From Candidatus Latescibacterota bacterium (GTDB lineage: Bacteria > Latescibacterota > UBA2968 > GCA-2709665), in the NCBI GenBank assembly GCA_965205485.1, contig OZ242180.1, forward strand, positions 3,072,001 to 3,136,000: a stretch of DNA of 64,000 nt, written 5' to 3'. Positions 1-9,683 of the stretch are shown one piece after another. Under the pieces are notes generated by a model. It had not been told where the DNA came from and did not search any database. It saw only the letters and a program-made list of their open reading frames with translations. Made by a program: the position numbers and the translations under genes. The first letter of the stretch is position 1; each line of letters starts with the position of its first letter.

Positions 1-1344
1 ATAGGCCTCGATCCCCAACTCGCCCACGTCCTGTCCCAACCGTTCGACTTTATCGGATACGCGGACCTGGATTGTGGCAGCCAACGCACGCCAGACCACC
101 CACGAAACTGAGAATACAAACACGCCAACCGCGACGCAACCCAGGAGCTGAACGCCGAAATTGCCGCCGGCGGCAATGCAGACCGCCAGCGTTCCCCAGA
201 CACCGGCGAAGAGGTGCGCGGGTACCGCGCCGACGACGTCGTCGATCTTCAGCTTCTCCAGCAGCCGGATTCCGGCGGTGCAGAGGAGAGCGCCCACGGC
301 GCCGATGACGACGGCCCAATAGTGCTGGACGATGTCGGGGCCGGCCGTGATCGACACCAGCCCGGCAATAGCGCCGTTCAAGCTGGCGAACAGGTCCATT
401 CTTCCCAGAATCGGCTTGGAGATTATGAGAGCCATCACCACACCGGCCGCCGCCGCAAGATTGGTGTTGACCAGCACATGGCTCATGGCCACCGCGTCGG
501 CGGCGCTCCCCAGCGCAAGCTGTGACCCGCCGTTGAATCCGAGCCAGCCGAACCACAGTATGAACACGCCCAGTGTCACCGCCACGATGTTTGATGGCGG
601 CGTATTCTTCACGCTGCCGTCTTTCCGATACTTACCCAACCGCGGTCCGACGACCAGGACCCCGGCAAGCGCGGCCCAGCCGCCGGTGCTGTGGACAATG
701 GTCGAACCCGCGAAGTCCTTGAATCCCATTGCACTCAACCATCCGCCGCCCCAGGTCCAGGCGCCGACCACAGGATAGATGACGGCCGTCAGAAGCAACG
801 TGAACAGAAAGAAGGACAGCATCTTGACCCGCTCCGCCAATGCGCCGGACACGATCGAGGCGGCCGTCGCCACGAAGACCATCTGGAAGAACCAGTCCGA
901 CATAGTGGAGTACTTATTCGCAATGACCTTGGCCTTTGCCGCCTCCTGCCCGCCTACCAGGGCGATATCTGCGGCGGACGGCCCGTAGAGAAGTTTAAAG
1001 GAGCCGATGAACTTCCCAACCTCCGTGTACATCAGATTGTAGCCGATGAAGTAATAGGCGAGGCCGGCTATCGAGTACAGGCCGATGTTCTTCATGCAGA
1101 TCATCGAGGCGTTCTTGGTGCGCACTGAACCGGACTCGAGCATTGTGAATCCGGCGCACATCCACATGATCAGCGCGCCCCAGATCAGAAACGCGAACGT
1201 ATTGAAGACGAACATCGTCTCCTGGTCAACCGCCGCGTACGCGGCCGTGGTCCCGCAAAGCAGACATCCAAGCAAGAGCAAAGCGATCCTTAAGCGAGAA
1301 CCGCCGGCGCGCTTGTAAAACGGCAATTTCGTGGAACCTTTCAT
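1..1344 (-). CDS. amtB: Ammonium transporter (Amt family), 3' end runs off the window
   Basis: Not in the ORF track because it has no stop in the window. Manual translation from ATG 1344 (RBS GAAAGGAG) gives GFTMLESGSVRTKN, FQMVF, SGALAER, DFAGSTIVH, WFGWLGFNGGS, DDVVGAVPAH. Confidence 0.95.
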   Translation of the reverse strand, partial: MKGSTKLPFYKRAGGSRLRIALLLLGCLLCGTTAAYAAVDQETMFVFNTFAFLIWGALIMWMCAGFTMLESGSVRTKNASMICMKNIGLYSIAGLAYYFIGYNLMYTEVGKFIGSFKLLYGPSAADIALVGGQEAAKAKVIANKYSTMSDWFFQMVFVATAASIVSGALAERVKMLSFFLFTLLLTAVIYPVVGAWTWGGGWLSAMGFKDFAGSTIVHSTGGWAALAGVLVVGPRLGKYRKDGSVKNTPPSNIVAVTLGVFILWFGWLGFNGGSQLALGSAADAVAMSHVLVNTNLAAAAGVVMALIISKPILGRMDLFASLNGAIAGLVSITAGPDIVQHYWAVVIGAVGALLCTAGIRLLEKLKIDDVVGAVPAHLFAGVWGTLAVCIAAGGNFGVQLLGCVAVGVFVFSVSWVVWRALAATIQVRVSDKVERLGQDVGELGIEAY

Positions 1345-1418
1345 ACCCTCTCCTTTCGTGGTATTTCTCCAACGGTGAGATGCGTTCTTTGCCTGACAGG
1401 TGTAGTGAACGCGAGTAC

Positions 1419-2852
1419 TCAGTTTTCCAGGACCCAGAGGTCTTTGCCGCCGCCGCCCTGACTCGAGTTGACGACGATGCTGCCTCGGCGCAATGCAACA
1501 CGACAAAACGCCCCCGGCACCATCCGAGTCTTCCGCCCGTGCAGCACGAATGGGCGCAGGTCGACGTGCCGCGGCTCGAACTTGTCGTCGATAAGACACG
1601 GCGCGCGGGACAGCGGCAGGACCGGCTGCGAAATGTAGTCAGCCGGGTTGGCGCGCAACTGTCTGGCGTATTCTTCCCGTTCGTCCGGCGTGGCGTGGGG
1701 ACCAACCAGCATGCCGTAACCGCCGGACTCTCCAACGCGCTTTACAATCAGGTTCTCGAGATTGTCGAGTGTGTACTCGAGGTGTTCCGGTCTGCGGCAA
1801 AGGTAGGTCTCGACGCTGGCAAGAACGGGCTCTTCGCCAAGGTAGTACCGAATGATATCGGGAACGTAGGCATAGACGCTCTTGTCGTCAGCCACGCCCG
1901 TACCGGGCGCGTTCACCAGGGTCACGTTGCCAAGTTTGTAGGCGTGCATCAGACCCGGCACGCCGAGCAGGGAATCCGCGCGAAAGACGAGGGGGTCGAT
2001 AAAGTCGTCGTCGACGCGCCTGTAAATAATGTCGACCCGCCGGAGGCCGGTGGTCGTGCGCATGTATACAGTCCCCTCGTTCACGAGGAGGTCCCGGCCC
2101 TCCACAAGCGCGGCGCCAATCTCGCGAGCCAGAAACATGTGCTCGTAGAACGCCGAATTGTACACGCCGGGTGTCAGGAGTACGATGCAAGGGTCGGACC
2201 GGCCGCCGGGGGCAAGTTCTACCAGGGTCTGGCGCAACATCCTTCCGTAGTGTTCCACTTCCTGTACCCGCGAGCGCCTGTAGAGGCGCCGCAGACCTGC
2301 CTTCACCGCCTTGCGGTTCGCCACCATATACGATACACCCGAGGGTACGCGCAGGTTGTCTTCAAGAACGAGAAACCCGTCGTTGGTTCGGACGAGATCC
2401 GTCCCGCAGATGGATACCCAGGCGCCATGCGGCGGGGAGGCGCCGCGCATTTCCACCCGGTACTGAGGACAGGTTTTCACCATGTCCGCCGGGATCACGC
2501 CGTCCGCAATAATGCGTTCCTCGTTGTAGATATCCTGGAGAAACCGGTTGAGGGCGCTCAGCCGTTGCGTAAGGCCCCTGACGAGCTGATTCCACTCCGC
2601 GCCGGATAAAACTCTAGGCAGGCAGTCGACGGGTATAATGCGTTCCGTGGCCTCCTCATCGCCGTAAACGGTAAAGGTGATGCCCTCATTCGAAAACGAA
2701 CGTGTCACGCGTTCCTGGATGCTCGAAAGCTCGTCGCTTGAGAGTTCGCCCAGCGCTTCGAATAGCGGGCGGAGATGCTCTCTTGGTGTCCCGTCAGGAA
2801 GGAACATCTCGTCATAGTAAGTCGGATCGAGAGGGTAGGTTTCGAATTCCAT
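1419..2852 (-). CDS. Circularly permuted type 2 ATP-grasp protein (DUF404/COG2308)
   Basis: Motifs GITFTVYG, LEDNLRVPSGVSY, NSAFYEH, YRRVDDDFIDP, GTGVADDK, VVNSSQGGGGKD. Confidence 0.92.
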   Translation of the reverse strand: MEFETYPLDPTYYDEMFLPDGTPREHLRPLFEALGELSSDELSSIQERVTRSFSNEGITFTVYGDEEATERIIPVDCLPRVLSGAEWNQLVRGLTQRLSALNRFLQDIYNEERIIADGVIPADMVKTCPQYRVEMRGASPPHGAWVSICGTDLVRTNDGFLVLEDNLRVPSGVSYMVANRKAVKAGLRRLYRRSRVQEVEHYGRMLRQTLVELAPGGRSDPCIVLLTPGVYNSAFYEHMFLAREIGAALVEGRDLLVNEGTVYMRTTTGLRRVDIIYRRVDDDFIDPLVFRADSLLGVPGLMHAYKLGNVTLVNAPGTGVADDKSVYAYVPDIIRYYLGEEPVLASVETYLCRRPEHLEYTLDNLENLIVKRVGESGGYGMLVGPHATPDEREEYARQLRANPADYISQPVLPLSRAPCLIDDKFEPRHVDLRPFVLHGRKTRMVPGAFCRVALRRGSIVVNSSQGGGGKDLWVLEN

Positions 2853-2941
2853 ATCCAGTGTCTTGATCTACGGACGAGCCGGGCCTGTGAATCCGGTACC
2901 GAAAACAGATGCGGGCATCTCGGCGATGCCCTGGCCGGCGA

Positions 2942-4453
2942 TCAATTCCCCAGCGTTTCGAATCTGCCGTTCCTGACCACCTGCAGGACGGCCGGATACG
3001 TCGGGTCGCCATTCGCATCGAAGGCGAATTGCCCGACAACGGTGGGCAATTCGATGGTCGCCAGCGCATCCCTGACCGGCTCCGACCGCGTTGAGCCCGC
3101 CCCTTTAAGCGCAGCCGCGAGGATCTGCACACAAACATATCCTTCCGCGGCAAAAAGATCGGGTTCGCCACCGAATCTGACGCGGTAATTCTCGATAAAC
3201 GCCCGATTTTCAGGCGTCTCGATTGAATGAGACCAGAACGTCCCCGTAATCAAACCCTCCGCAGCAGGGCCTGCCTGTTCGATCTGGCTTGATGCAAAGC
3301 CGAAAACAAGAAAAGGTATCCCGTAAGGAATTCCCAGCTGGCGGCCCTGTACGGGAATCGCGACCCTCTCCAACGGTCGGGTCCAGACAAGAATGACATC
3401 GGGTTTCAGATTGTCAATTCGCGTCAGTGCGGCGGTAAAATCGGTCTGGCCGGTTGCGAATGCCTCGGCCCCAAGCATCTCGACGCCCAGTTCAGCAAGT
3501 GCCTTCACTGTTTCCACGTAACCGCTCGCAGAAAATACGTCCGTGCTATCGTATATGACGGCAATCCGGTTCAACTGCAGTTCCGATGTTACAACCTCGA
3601 GTGTGCTTTGCGCGATCCGGCTTACCGGGGCCGGGACCCTGAACACGAAGTCGCCGATCGCGCCCAATCCGGCGGCTGCAGCGGTCGGGCTGAAGGCCAC
3701 CACACGGTTTTCCTGGGCGATCGGAAATGCCACGGCAGCTGAGGAAGAGTAACCGGGACCCAGAATAACCGTGACATTGTCCTCGTAAATCAGTTTTTCG
3801 AAGGCCGCTGCCGCGACTTCCGGCGTACTCTCACTGTCTTCAACGATGAATTGAAGTGTCGCCGAGCCGAATTCATACCGGTTGGCCTCGTCTCGCGCGA
3901 GTTCCATCCCGTTTCTTACGATTTGGCCGAGGGGCCCGCCATCGCCGGTAAGTGGCAGAACGACACCGACCCGAATTTCCGCGGGAAGGCCCCCGGACGC
4001 GAGAGTGGACGCGTCGATCACCCTCGCCGTTCCCCCGATCGGCAGGTCGATCGTTACTCGATGTCCCCCGTTGACTGGAATGCTCGACCACGAACCCAAT
4101 GGATTGCCGGCACGCGTGGCGCGTACTCGATAGTAGCCACCTGCATCGGCGATATCCACGCGCGCTCGCCCATACGCATCAGTCGTGTCCGTCCACGCGA
4201 AATTCGGCGACTGTCCGGAAATGGAACGAGCGAACGCGACGGCGACGCCGCCCAACGGCTCGCCGTCTCCGATCACAGTTGCCACCACAACAGCCGTCGC
4301 CGCGTTGTCATCGACCGCGAGTTTTCCCAGCGGCTGTTCAGCCGTTGCCACCCTGTCTGACATCGAGGGCGCGACCGTGCGATCCGTGCCGCAGCCACAG
4401 ATCATACCTGCCACGGACACCAGAAGGAATGCATTGCGAAAACTGATCGTCAT
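2942..4453 (-). CDS. Lipoprotein: unannotated N-terminal module + LivK-type (PBP1) branched-chain amino acid binding domain
   Basis: Lipobox ICGC; IRVGVVLPLTG, EDSESTP, FVFRV, GQFAFDANGD. Confidence 0.85.
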   Translation of the reverse strand: MTISFRNAFLLVSVAGMICGCGTDRTVAPSMSDRVATAEQPLGKLAVDDNAATAVVVATVIGDGEPLGGVAVAFARSISGQSPNFAWTDTTDAYGRARVDIADAGGYYRVRATRAGNPLGSWSSIPVNGGHRVTIDLPIGGTARVIDASTLASGGLPAEIRVGVVLPLTGDGGPLGQIVRNGMELARDEANRYEFGSATLQFIVEDSESTPEVAAAAFEKLIYEDNVTVILGPGYSSSAAVAFPIAQENRVVAFSPTAAAAGLGAIGDFVFRVPAPVSRIAQSTLEVVTSELQLNRIAVIYDSTDVFSASGYVETVKALAELGVEMLGAEAFATGQTDFTAALTRIDNLKPDVILVWTRPLERVAIPVQGRQLGIPYGIPFLVFGFASSQIEQAGPAAEGLITGTFWSHSIETPENRAFIENYRVRFGGEPDLFAAEGYVCVQILAAALKGAGSTRSEPVRDALATIELPTVVGQFAFDANGDPTYPAVLQVVRNGRFETLGN

Positions 4454-4528
4454 TTCGACCTGGCCTCGTCTCCACCCTGAAGCAATGTACAGAAGCGAAA
4501 GAAAGGGTCGTTCGTCACCGCTACGAAT

Positions 4529-6727
4529 TCAGGTCGCTTCCTCATCGGTCATCGGCTCCGGCACCAATGGGGGAGCTTCAAGGGGTATTTCAACAACCAT
4601 TTCGGTAAATTCCCCGGGTTCGGTCTCCACCCGAATACTTCCACCGTGCTCGCGCACGATATCGTTCGAAAGCGCGAGACCCAGCCCCGTGCCCTGGTCG
4701 GTAGGCTTGGTCGTGAAAAAGGGATTGAAAATCTTGTCCACGACGTCGGGCGGAATCCCTTTACCGTTGTCCTTGATGCTGACTTCAAGCTGTTCCGGGC
4801 CGCGGCGGGTCGTAAGCCAAAGTGTGGGCATATACGCCTCGTCGTTGCCCGATTGTACATTCTCGCGTCGTTTTTCGTCGGTCGCGTGGCAGGCATTGCT
4901 GACCATGTTCAGAAACACGCGGCCCAGGTCTTGAGGTACCACCTCGACTTCGCCCACTGTCGGATCCAGACTCTGCTGGATATCGAGTTGGAATTCCGTG
5001 TCGCTCGCCCTTGCGCTGTGGTACGCGAGCCTGGCGTGTTCGTCGAGCAGATTGTTGATGTTTGTGGCCTGTCGCTGGGCCGAACCCCGGCCCATGGACA
5101 GCATATCCTGGACAATTCGGTTGGCGCGCTCGCCGTGTTCCCGGATGCGTGCGAGGTTGTCGTTGAGGTCCTGGCAGATTTCCTGGACGAGCTCGCGCCC
5201 TTCTTCGTCAAGTTCTCCGCCTTCTTCGCTGAGCGTGTCCTGGAGTTCTTCACCAAGTTCCTCCAGAAGCTCCTGGGAGACCTCGGAGAAATTCTTGACA
5301 AAATTCAGCGGGTTTTTGATTTCGTGGGCGACCCCTGCGGTGAGTTCGCCGAGCGCCGCCAGCTTTTCGCGCATCACGATCTGGTCCTGCGCACGTCGGA
5401 GGTCCTCGAGCACGGCCTCCAGTTGCTCGTTTTTCTCCCGCAACTCCTCGGCAAGCTTTTCAACGAGGTTAAGGCGCTGGACTTCGAGGGCATGCCTGCG
5501 GAATACTTCCAGCGCCGCCGCCATATCGGCGACTTCATCGTGCCCGCTGATATCAACCTTGGCTTCCAGGTCCCCATCGGCCATGGCGCGCATCCTGTTC
5601 GACAGGCGTTCGAGCCGGCGAAGCAACACCCGGCCCACAAACAGCCACGCGATGAGTACGGCTCCGCTGATGCTGACCACGTTCAGTCCCAGCAGAACGC
5701 TGCGGCCGGTCCCGATCGCCTGAGTGGATGCCAGAGTGGCCTCCCGCGTGCGTTCACGGGCGGCGCCGACGAGACCCTCTACTTCCGCGCCGAGTTTGAT
5801 TTCAAGTCGCAGGTTGTCCTGGAGAAGGTCACGCTGCCGGTCGGTGAGTTCGAACTCACGAACGATCAGAACGAACCCGCCCTGCTCTCCCAGGCCCAGC
5901 TCGAAGAGCCGATTCAGGTGCGGGGCGATCTGATCGCGCCAGGGCGACGTCCCGAGTGCCGACAGACTCCGTTCAATGCGGCCTGCCGCGGCCTCAAAGC
6001 GCTCCCGCAGCGGCTCGAGCAGGAGTGCGTCGGAAAGGTTGAATGAACTCGACAGGAGTTGCGTCGCGATGGTGGCATCGGCTTTCAGGTCGGCCAGGTG
6101 GCGGTACCGATCGAACTCCTCATTTGAAAAATGCCGCTCGCGGGGTGCGGGCGGCTGGCCTATCGTACGATAGCCTGTCATCGCGTAGAAGAGTTGATCG
6201 TCGATGGCGGGAATCAGCATGCCGAACAATCTGGCACGCAGCTCGGACAGTTCCATGCGAAGCGTTTCGCTGCGTGCGTTTACCTCGAACAACTCGGCGA
6301 CCTCACGCTCGATCGCTTCGATGTTCGACGTGAGTGCGGCGGCAAATTCGTGTATTCTGCCGAAACGCTCCTCGTCTTCCTTCCTGGTGTCCCTTTGCAT
6401 CAGGGCCGCCAACTGTGATTCGAAGGCCCTGCGCTCTTCAGCGATATCCGCCTTGACGCGGGCGAAGTCAGCCACCGTTGCTGCTGAGGTCAGCCGCGGC
6501 GCCGCGGCGACCAGCGTGCCGCTCTGCTGAGCGACCCCGAAGGCAGCCGCCATTTCCGGGACGCTGCCCTCGTTGACGCGGTTCTGGATGTCGCCCACGA
6601 GATCGAAAGAGAGCCACCCGACCAGGCTGGCGACCATGGTGATGGCGACCGCGCCTCCAATTCCCAGATAGAGCTGCGTGGCGATGCGGAAGCGGCCCTT
6701 GAGCAATTGTTTCAGTGTGTCGATCAC
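4529..6727 (-). CDS. Membrane sensor histidine kinase (large helical periplasmic domain, HAMP, HisKA, HATPase)
   Basis: Two TM segments, HAMP (GHDEVADMA), H-box AHEIKNPL, DNGKGI, FFTTK, GTGLGL. Start overlaps the upstream stop (GTGA). Confidence 0.93.
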   Translation of the reverse strand: MIDTLKQLLKGRFRIATQLYLGIGGAVAITMVASLVGWLSFDLVGDIQNRVNEGSVPEMAAAFGVAQQSGTLVAAAPRLTSAATVADFARVKADIAEERRAFESQLAALMQRDTRKEDEERFGRIHEFAAALTSNIEAIEREVAELFEVNARSETLRMELSELRARLFGMLIPAIDDQLFYAMTGYRTIGQPPAPRERHFSNEEFDRYRHLADLKADATIATQLLSSSFNLSDALLLEPLRERFEAAAGRIERSLSALGTSPWRDQIAPHLNRLFELGLGEQGGFVLIVREFELTDRQRDLLQDNLRLEIKLGAEVEGLVGAARERTREATLASTQAIGTGRSVLLGLNVVSISGAVLIAWLFVGRVLLRRLERLSNRMRAMADGDLEAKVDISGHDEVADMAAALEVFRRHALEVQRLNLVEKLAEELREKNEQLEAVLEDLRRAQDQIVMREKLAALGELTAGVAHEIKNPLNFVKNFSEVSQELLEELGEELQDTLSEEGGELDEEGRELVQEICQDLNDNLARIREHGERANRIVQDMLSMGRGSAQRQATNINNLLDEHARLAYHSARASDTEFQLDIQQSLDPTVGEVEVVPQDLGRVFLNMVSNACHATDEKRRENVQSGNDEAYMPTLWLTTRRGPEQLEVSIKDNGKGIPPDVVDKIFNPFFTTKPTDQGTGLGLALSNDIVREHGGSIRVETEPGEFTEMVVEIPLEAPPLVPEPMTDEEAT

Positions 6728-7905
6728 GGCTCCGCTTCCTCGAGGGTATCAATCGGATAATACCGGCCGTCGCGACCGATCATGGTCAGAAATACGGCGT
6801 CCGACCCCTGATTGTCCTTGCTGCCGTATTGCAGTTCGAATCCGTCGATATCGACGACCTTTGTGCTGCGGAGGCTGTTGAGAAAGGATGCCCGTTTGAC
6901 CTCCGCGCCGCAGCGTTGGAGGGCGGCGATGGCGAGGCGGCCGGCCAGGTAACCTTCGAAGGAAACGAACCCCGGTACAGCATCGGGAGCGAAGACAGAC
7001 AGAGCCCGGCGGTAGGCTGACGCGACAGGGAAGTAGTCGTCGGTTGGAAAGGGTACGACCTGTGTGACGTAGACGCCGGCGCCTGCCGGACCAAGCTGTT
7101 TTGCCAAAGCGTTGCTGCCTACGAAGGAGATCGTGATGAAAACGGGGTCCATCCCGATATGCCGCGCCCATGCGATGAATGTCGCGACCGGCTCGTAAGC
7201 GCCCACCAGGATCACCGCTTCGGGGTCGGCCATTCGCAGGTCGAGCAGTGCTGTCTTCACTGCCGTTGTATTGCGCGGATACAGCCCGACGGCCACGGCC
7301 TCCATTCCTCGCCGTTCGAGCGCACGTCGTGCACCGTGATAGCCGGCCCTGCCGAAAGAGTCGTCCTGATACATGACGGCAATTCGTTTGATGCCGAGGT
7401 CGCCGGTCAGGCGCGCGACCATTTCCTCCGTTTCCTGGTTGTACGACGCCCTCAGATTAATCACGATTTTCCAGTTCGGGTCCCGAAGGAACGCCGCGCC
7501 CGTGAATGGTGCGATATACGGAATATCGGCTTCCGCGGCGACCGGGGTGGCTGAACGCGACGTGGGTGTGCCTACGGCGCCGATGAGTGCGAACACCCTG
7601 GCCTCATTGATGAGGTAGAGGGTGTTCGCGATGGCGGCCTCCGGTTCGTACGCGTCATCTCGGGAAACGAGTTCCAACCGACGGCCGTGGACGCCCCCGC
7701 GTCGATTGATCTCGTGAAACGCGGCTTCGATTCCGCGTTTCATGTCGGTTCCGAGCTGCGCGGCGGGGCCACTGAAGGCGGCCGACTGGCCGAAGAGAAT
7801 ACGCTCGTCCGTGACACCGTTCTCGACCTCGTTGCCTTCCGGACTGCTCGAAAGCGCCGCCCAGACGATGAGCAGCGACACCCCCAGACGAAACCTGGAT
7901 CTCAT
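6724..7905 (-). CDS. Periplasmic PBP1-type ligand-binding protein
   Basis: Signal peptide; GQSAAFSGP, DDAYEP, NLRASY, YQDDSFG. Confidence 0.88.
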   Translation of the reverse strand: MRSRFRLGVSLLIVWAALSSSPEGNEVENGVTDERILFGQSAAFSGPAAQLGTDMKRGIEAAFHEINRRGGVHGRRLELVSRDDAYEPEAAIANTLYLINEARVFALIGAVGTPTSRSATPVAAEADIPYIAPFTGAAFLRDPNWKIVINLRASYNQETEEMVARLTGDLGIKRIAVMYQDDSFGRAGYHGARRALERRGMEAVAVGLYPRNTTAVKTALLDLRMADPEAVILVGAYEPVATFIAWARHIGMDPVFITISFVGSNALAKQLGPAGAGVYVTQVVPFPTDDYFPVASAYRRALSVFAPDAVPGFVSFEGYLAGRLAIAALQRCGAEVKRASFLNSLRSTKVVDIDGFELQYGSKDNQGSDAVFLTMIGRDGRYYPIDTLEEAEP

Positions 7906-8321
7906 TCCGTCCTCCGCTTCACCAGCGTCAGGTGGTTCCGCTCGTTTTCCCGCCTGTAGTGCATCTCGTCCATCATGGTCTGGACCAGGTGAATGCCGAG
8001 CCCCCCGATGGGCCGGTCTTCGAGCGCCGCTTCCACGTCGGGTATGGGCGCGTCCTCCAGGGGATTGAACGGACGGCCGTCGTCGACGATCTCGAGCGTG
8101 ATCGATGCGTCGTCAGAGGTCAATGTGATTTCGAGTTCTCCGGGACCGCCTTCGAAACCATGCCGGACGACGTTATTGCCGAGTTCTTCTATAGCAAGGT
8201 CGATCTGATGAATCAGCGCGGGCGACCAGTTTTCCTGCAGCCCCAGTTCTTCGGCTGCTGCGGCGACGCGTCTCAGTTCATCGAGATCGGCTTCTATGCG
8301 AAAGGATTGTGTGGCGCTCAC
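7902..8321 (-). CDS. RsbW/SpoIIAB-like anti-sigma factor Ser/Thr kinase
   Basis: LAIEELGNNVVRHG, DDGRPFNP, RPIGGLGIHLV. Confidence 0.9.
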   Translation of the reverse strand: MSATQSFRIEADLDELRRVAAAAEELGLQENWSPALIHQIDLAIEELGNNVVRHGFEGGPGELEITLTSDDASITLEIVDDGRPFNPLEDAPIPDVEAALEDRPIGGLGIHLVQTMMDEMHYRRENERNHLTLVKRRTE

Positions 8322-9487
8322 GTTTCCGGCCCTTTGTATCGAAACGTAACGCAGGTGATGTCGTCGAATTGGGGGGTTTCACCTACGAAACCTCTTACGG
8401 CGCTGAAAATCGCGTCGTTGGCGTCGCGGGCGTCATGCGGGGGTTTGTCCGTGAAGACATTCTGAAGGCGTTCCATTCCGAACTCTTCTTCAACGTCGTC
8501 TATCGCTTCGGTAACACCGTCCGTGTAAAGAACAACCGTATCACCCGGTGCGAGCGTGACCGAGTTATAACCGTATTCGATGTCCGGCAACATCGCTAGG
8601 GCGACGCCGCCGGTCAGCGGCAGCGCGCTGGCCTTCCCGTCCGCGTTTACGATCAGCGGCGTATTGTGTCCGCCATTGGCGTAGACGAACTGACGGCTGG
8701 CGGGGTCGAATACTGCATAGAACACCGTCACGAACATCGCGGCTTCGTTGTTTTCGTAAAGCGCATTGTTCATTTCGAACAGCACCTCGCCGGGGCTCGT
8801 TGTTCCAATTGCCGCACCCCGCAGCACGGTCCTGCTGGACATCATGAACAGGGCCGCTGGTACGCCCTTGTCGGATACGTCGGCGATAGCGATGCCTATG
8901 CGTCCGCCGTCGAGCCGGATGATGTCGAAGAAGTCGCCGCCGACGTTTCGGGCGGGTTCCATACTTCCGTATGCCTGATAAGACGGATTCTCGGGGAACC
9001 TCGTGGGCAGAATCGACTGCTGCATCTTGCTGGCCACGTCCAGTTCGTTCTGCAGCGCGATCAGCTTGTCCCGCGATTCCAGCGCTTCACGCCATTCGAT
9101 CAGATGGCGCATGGTTCGATCGATGGTCACCTGAAGGTCGGAGAAGTCAATGGGCTTGGTAACGAAGTCGAACGCACCGCGATTCATGGCAATACGGATG
9201 TTTTTCATGTCCCCGTACGCCGATATGATCACGGAACGGATGTTCGGGTCCACCTTGGGTATCTGCTCCAGGAGGGTAAGACCGTCCATCTGGGGCATAT
9301 TGATGTCGGACAGCACCATATCGATGGTGTCATCCTTGTTCAACCGTTCGAGTGCTTCTATGCCGTTCCGCGCAAACACGAAGGTGTAGCGGCCCCTCCG
9401 AATCGGACGTCGCATACGCTGCATCATGAGCGGTTCCAGGTCGGGCTCGTCGTCCACTACAAGGATTTTGTACGGGAGCGCAGACAT
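8318..9487 (-). CDS. Response regulator with SpoIIE/PP2C phosphatase output (RsbU-like)
   Basis: REC domain (LVVDDE, SDINMPQMDG, TKP); VGGDFFD, IADVSDKG, YTDGVTE, DDIT. Confidence 0.93.
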   Translation of the reverse strand: MSALPYKILVVDDEPDLEPLMMQRMRRPIRRGRYTFVFARNGIEALERLNKDDTIDMVLSDINMPQMDGLTLLEQIPKVDPNIRSVIISAYGDMKNIRIAMNRGAFDFVTKPIDFSDLQVTIDRTMRHLIEWREALESRDKLIALQNELDVASKMQQSILPTRFPENPSYQAYGSMEPARNVGGDFFDIIRLDGGRIGIAIADVSDKGVPAALFMMSSRTVLRGAAIGTTSPGEVLFEMNNALYENNEAAMFVTVFYAVFDPASRQFVYANGGHNTPLIVNADGKASALPLTGGVALAMLPDIEYGYNSVTLAPGDTVVLYTDGVTEAIDDVEEEFGMERLQNVFTDKPPHDARDANDAIFSAVRGFVGETPQFDDITCVTFRYKGPET

Positions 9488-9683
9488 TTCGTTATACCCC
9501 AGGATAGGATGGTTTGACTATCTTTTTACTCCCGACGCTGCGCCGTTCGGGCGTCCGGCAGAAAACTGCGCCTGCGGCCTGCCGGGAATCCCTGACTCGA
9601 AAAACTGAATTCGTGGGACGGAAGCAGAAACCCGCAGGAACCGTGACTTACTCCGGCGCTGGTCGACGTATCAATTAACGGTG

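Noticed and set aside
1380..2609. Long antisense or shadow ORFs (also 4646-6046, 18200-19228, 28714-30093, 33764-34870, 60483-61652)
   Set aside because: They lie opposite well-supported genes and are expected from high-GC codon bias.
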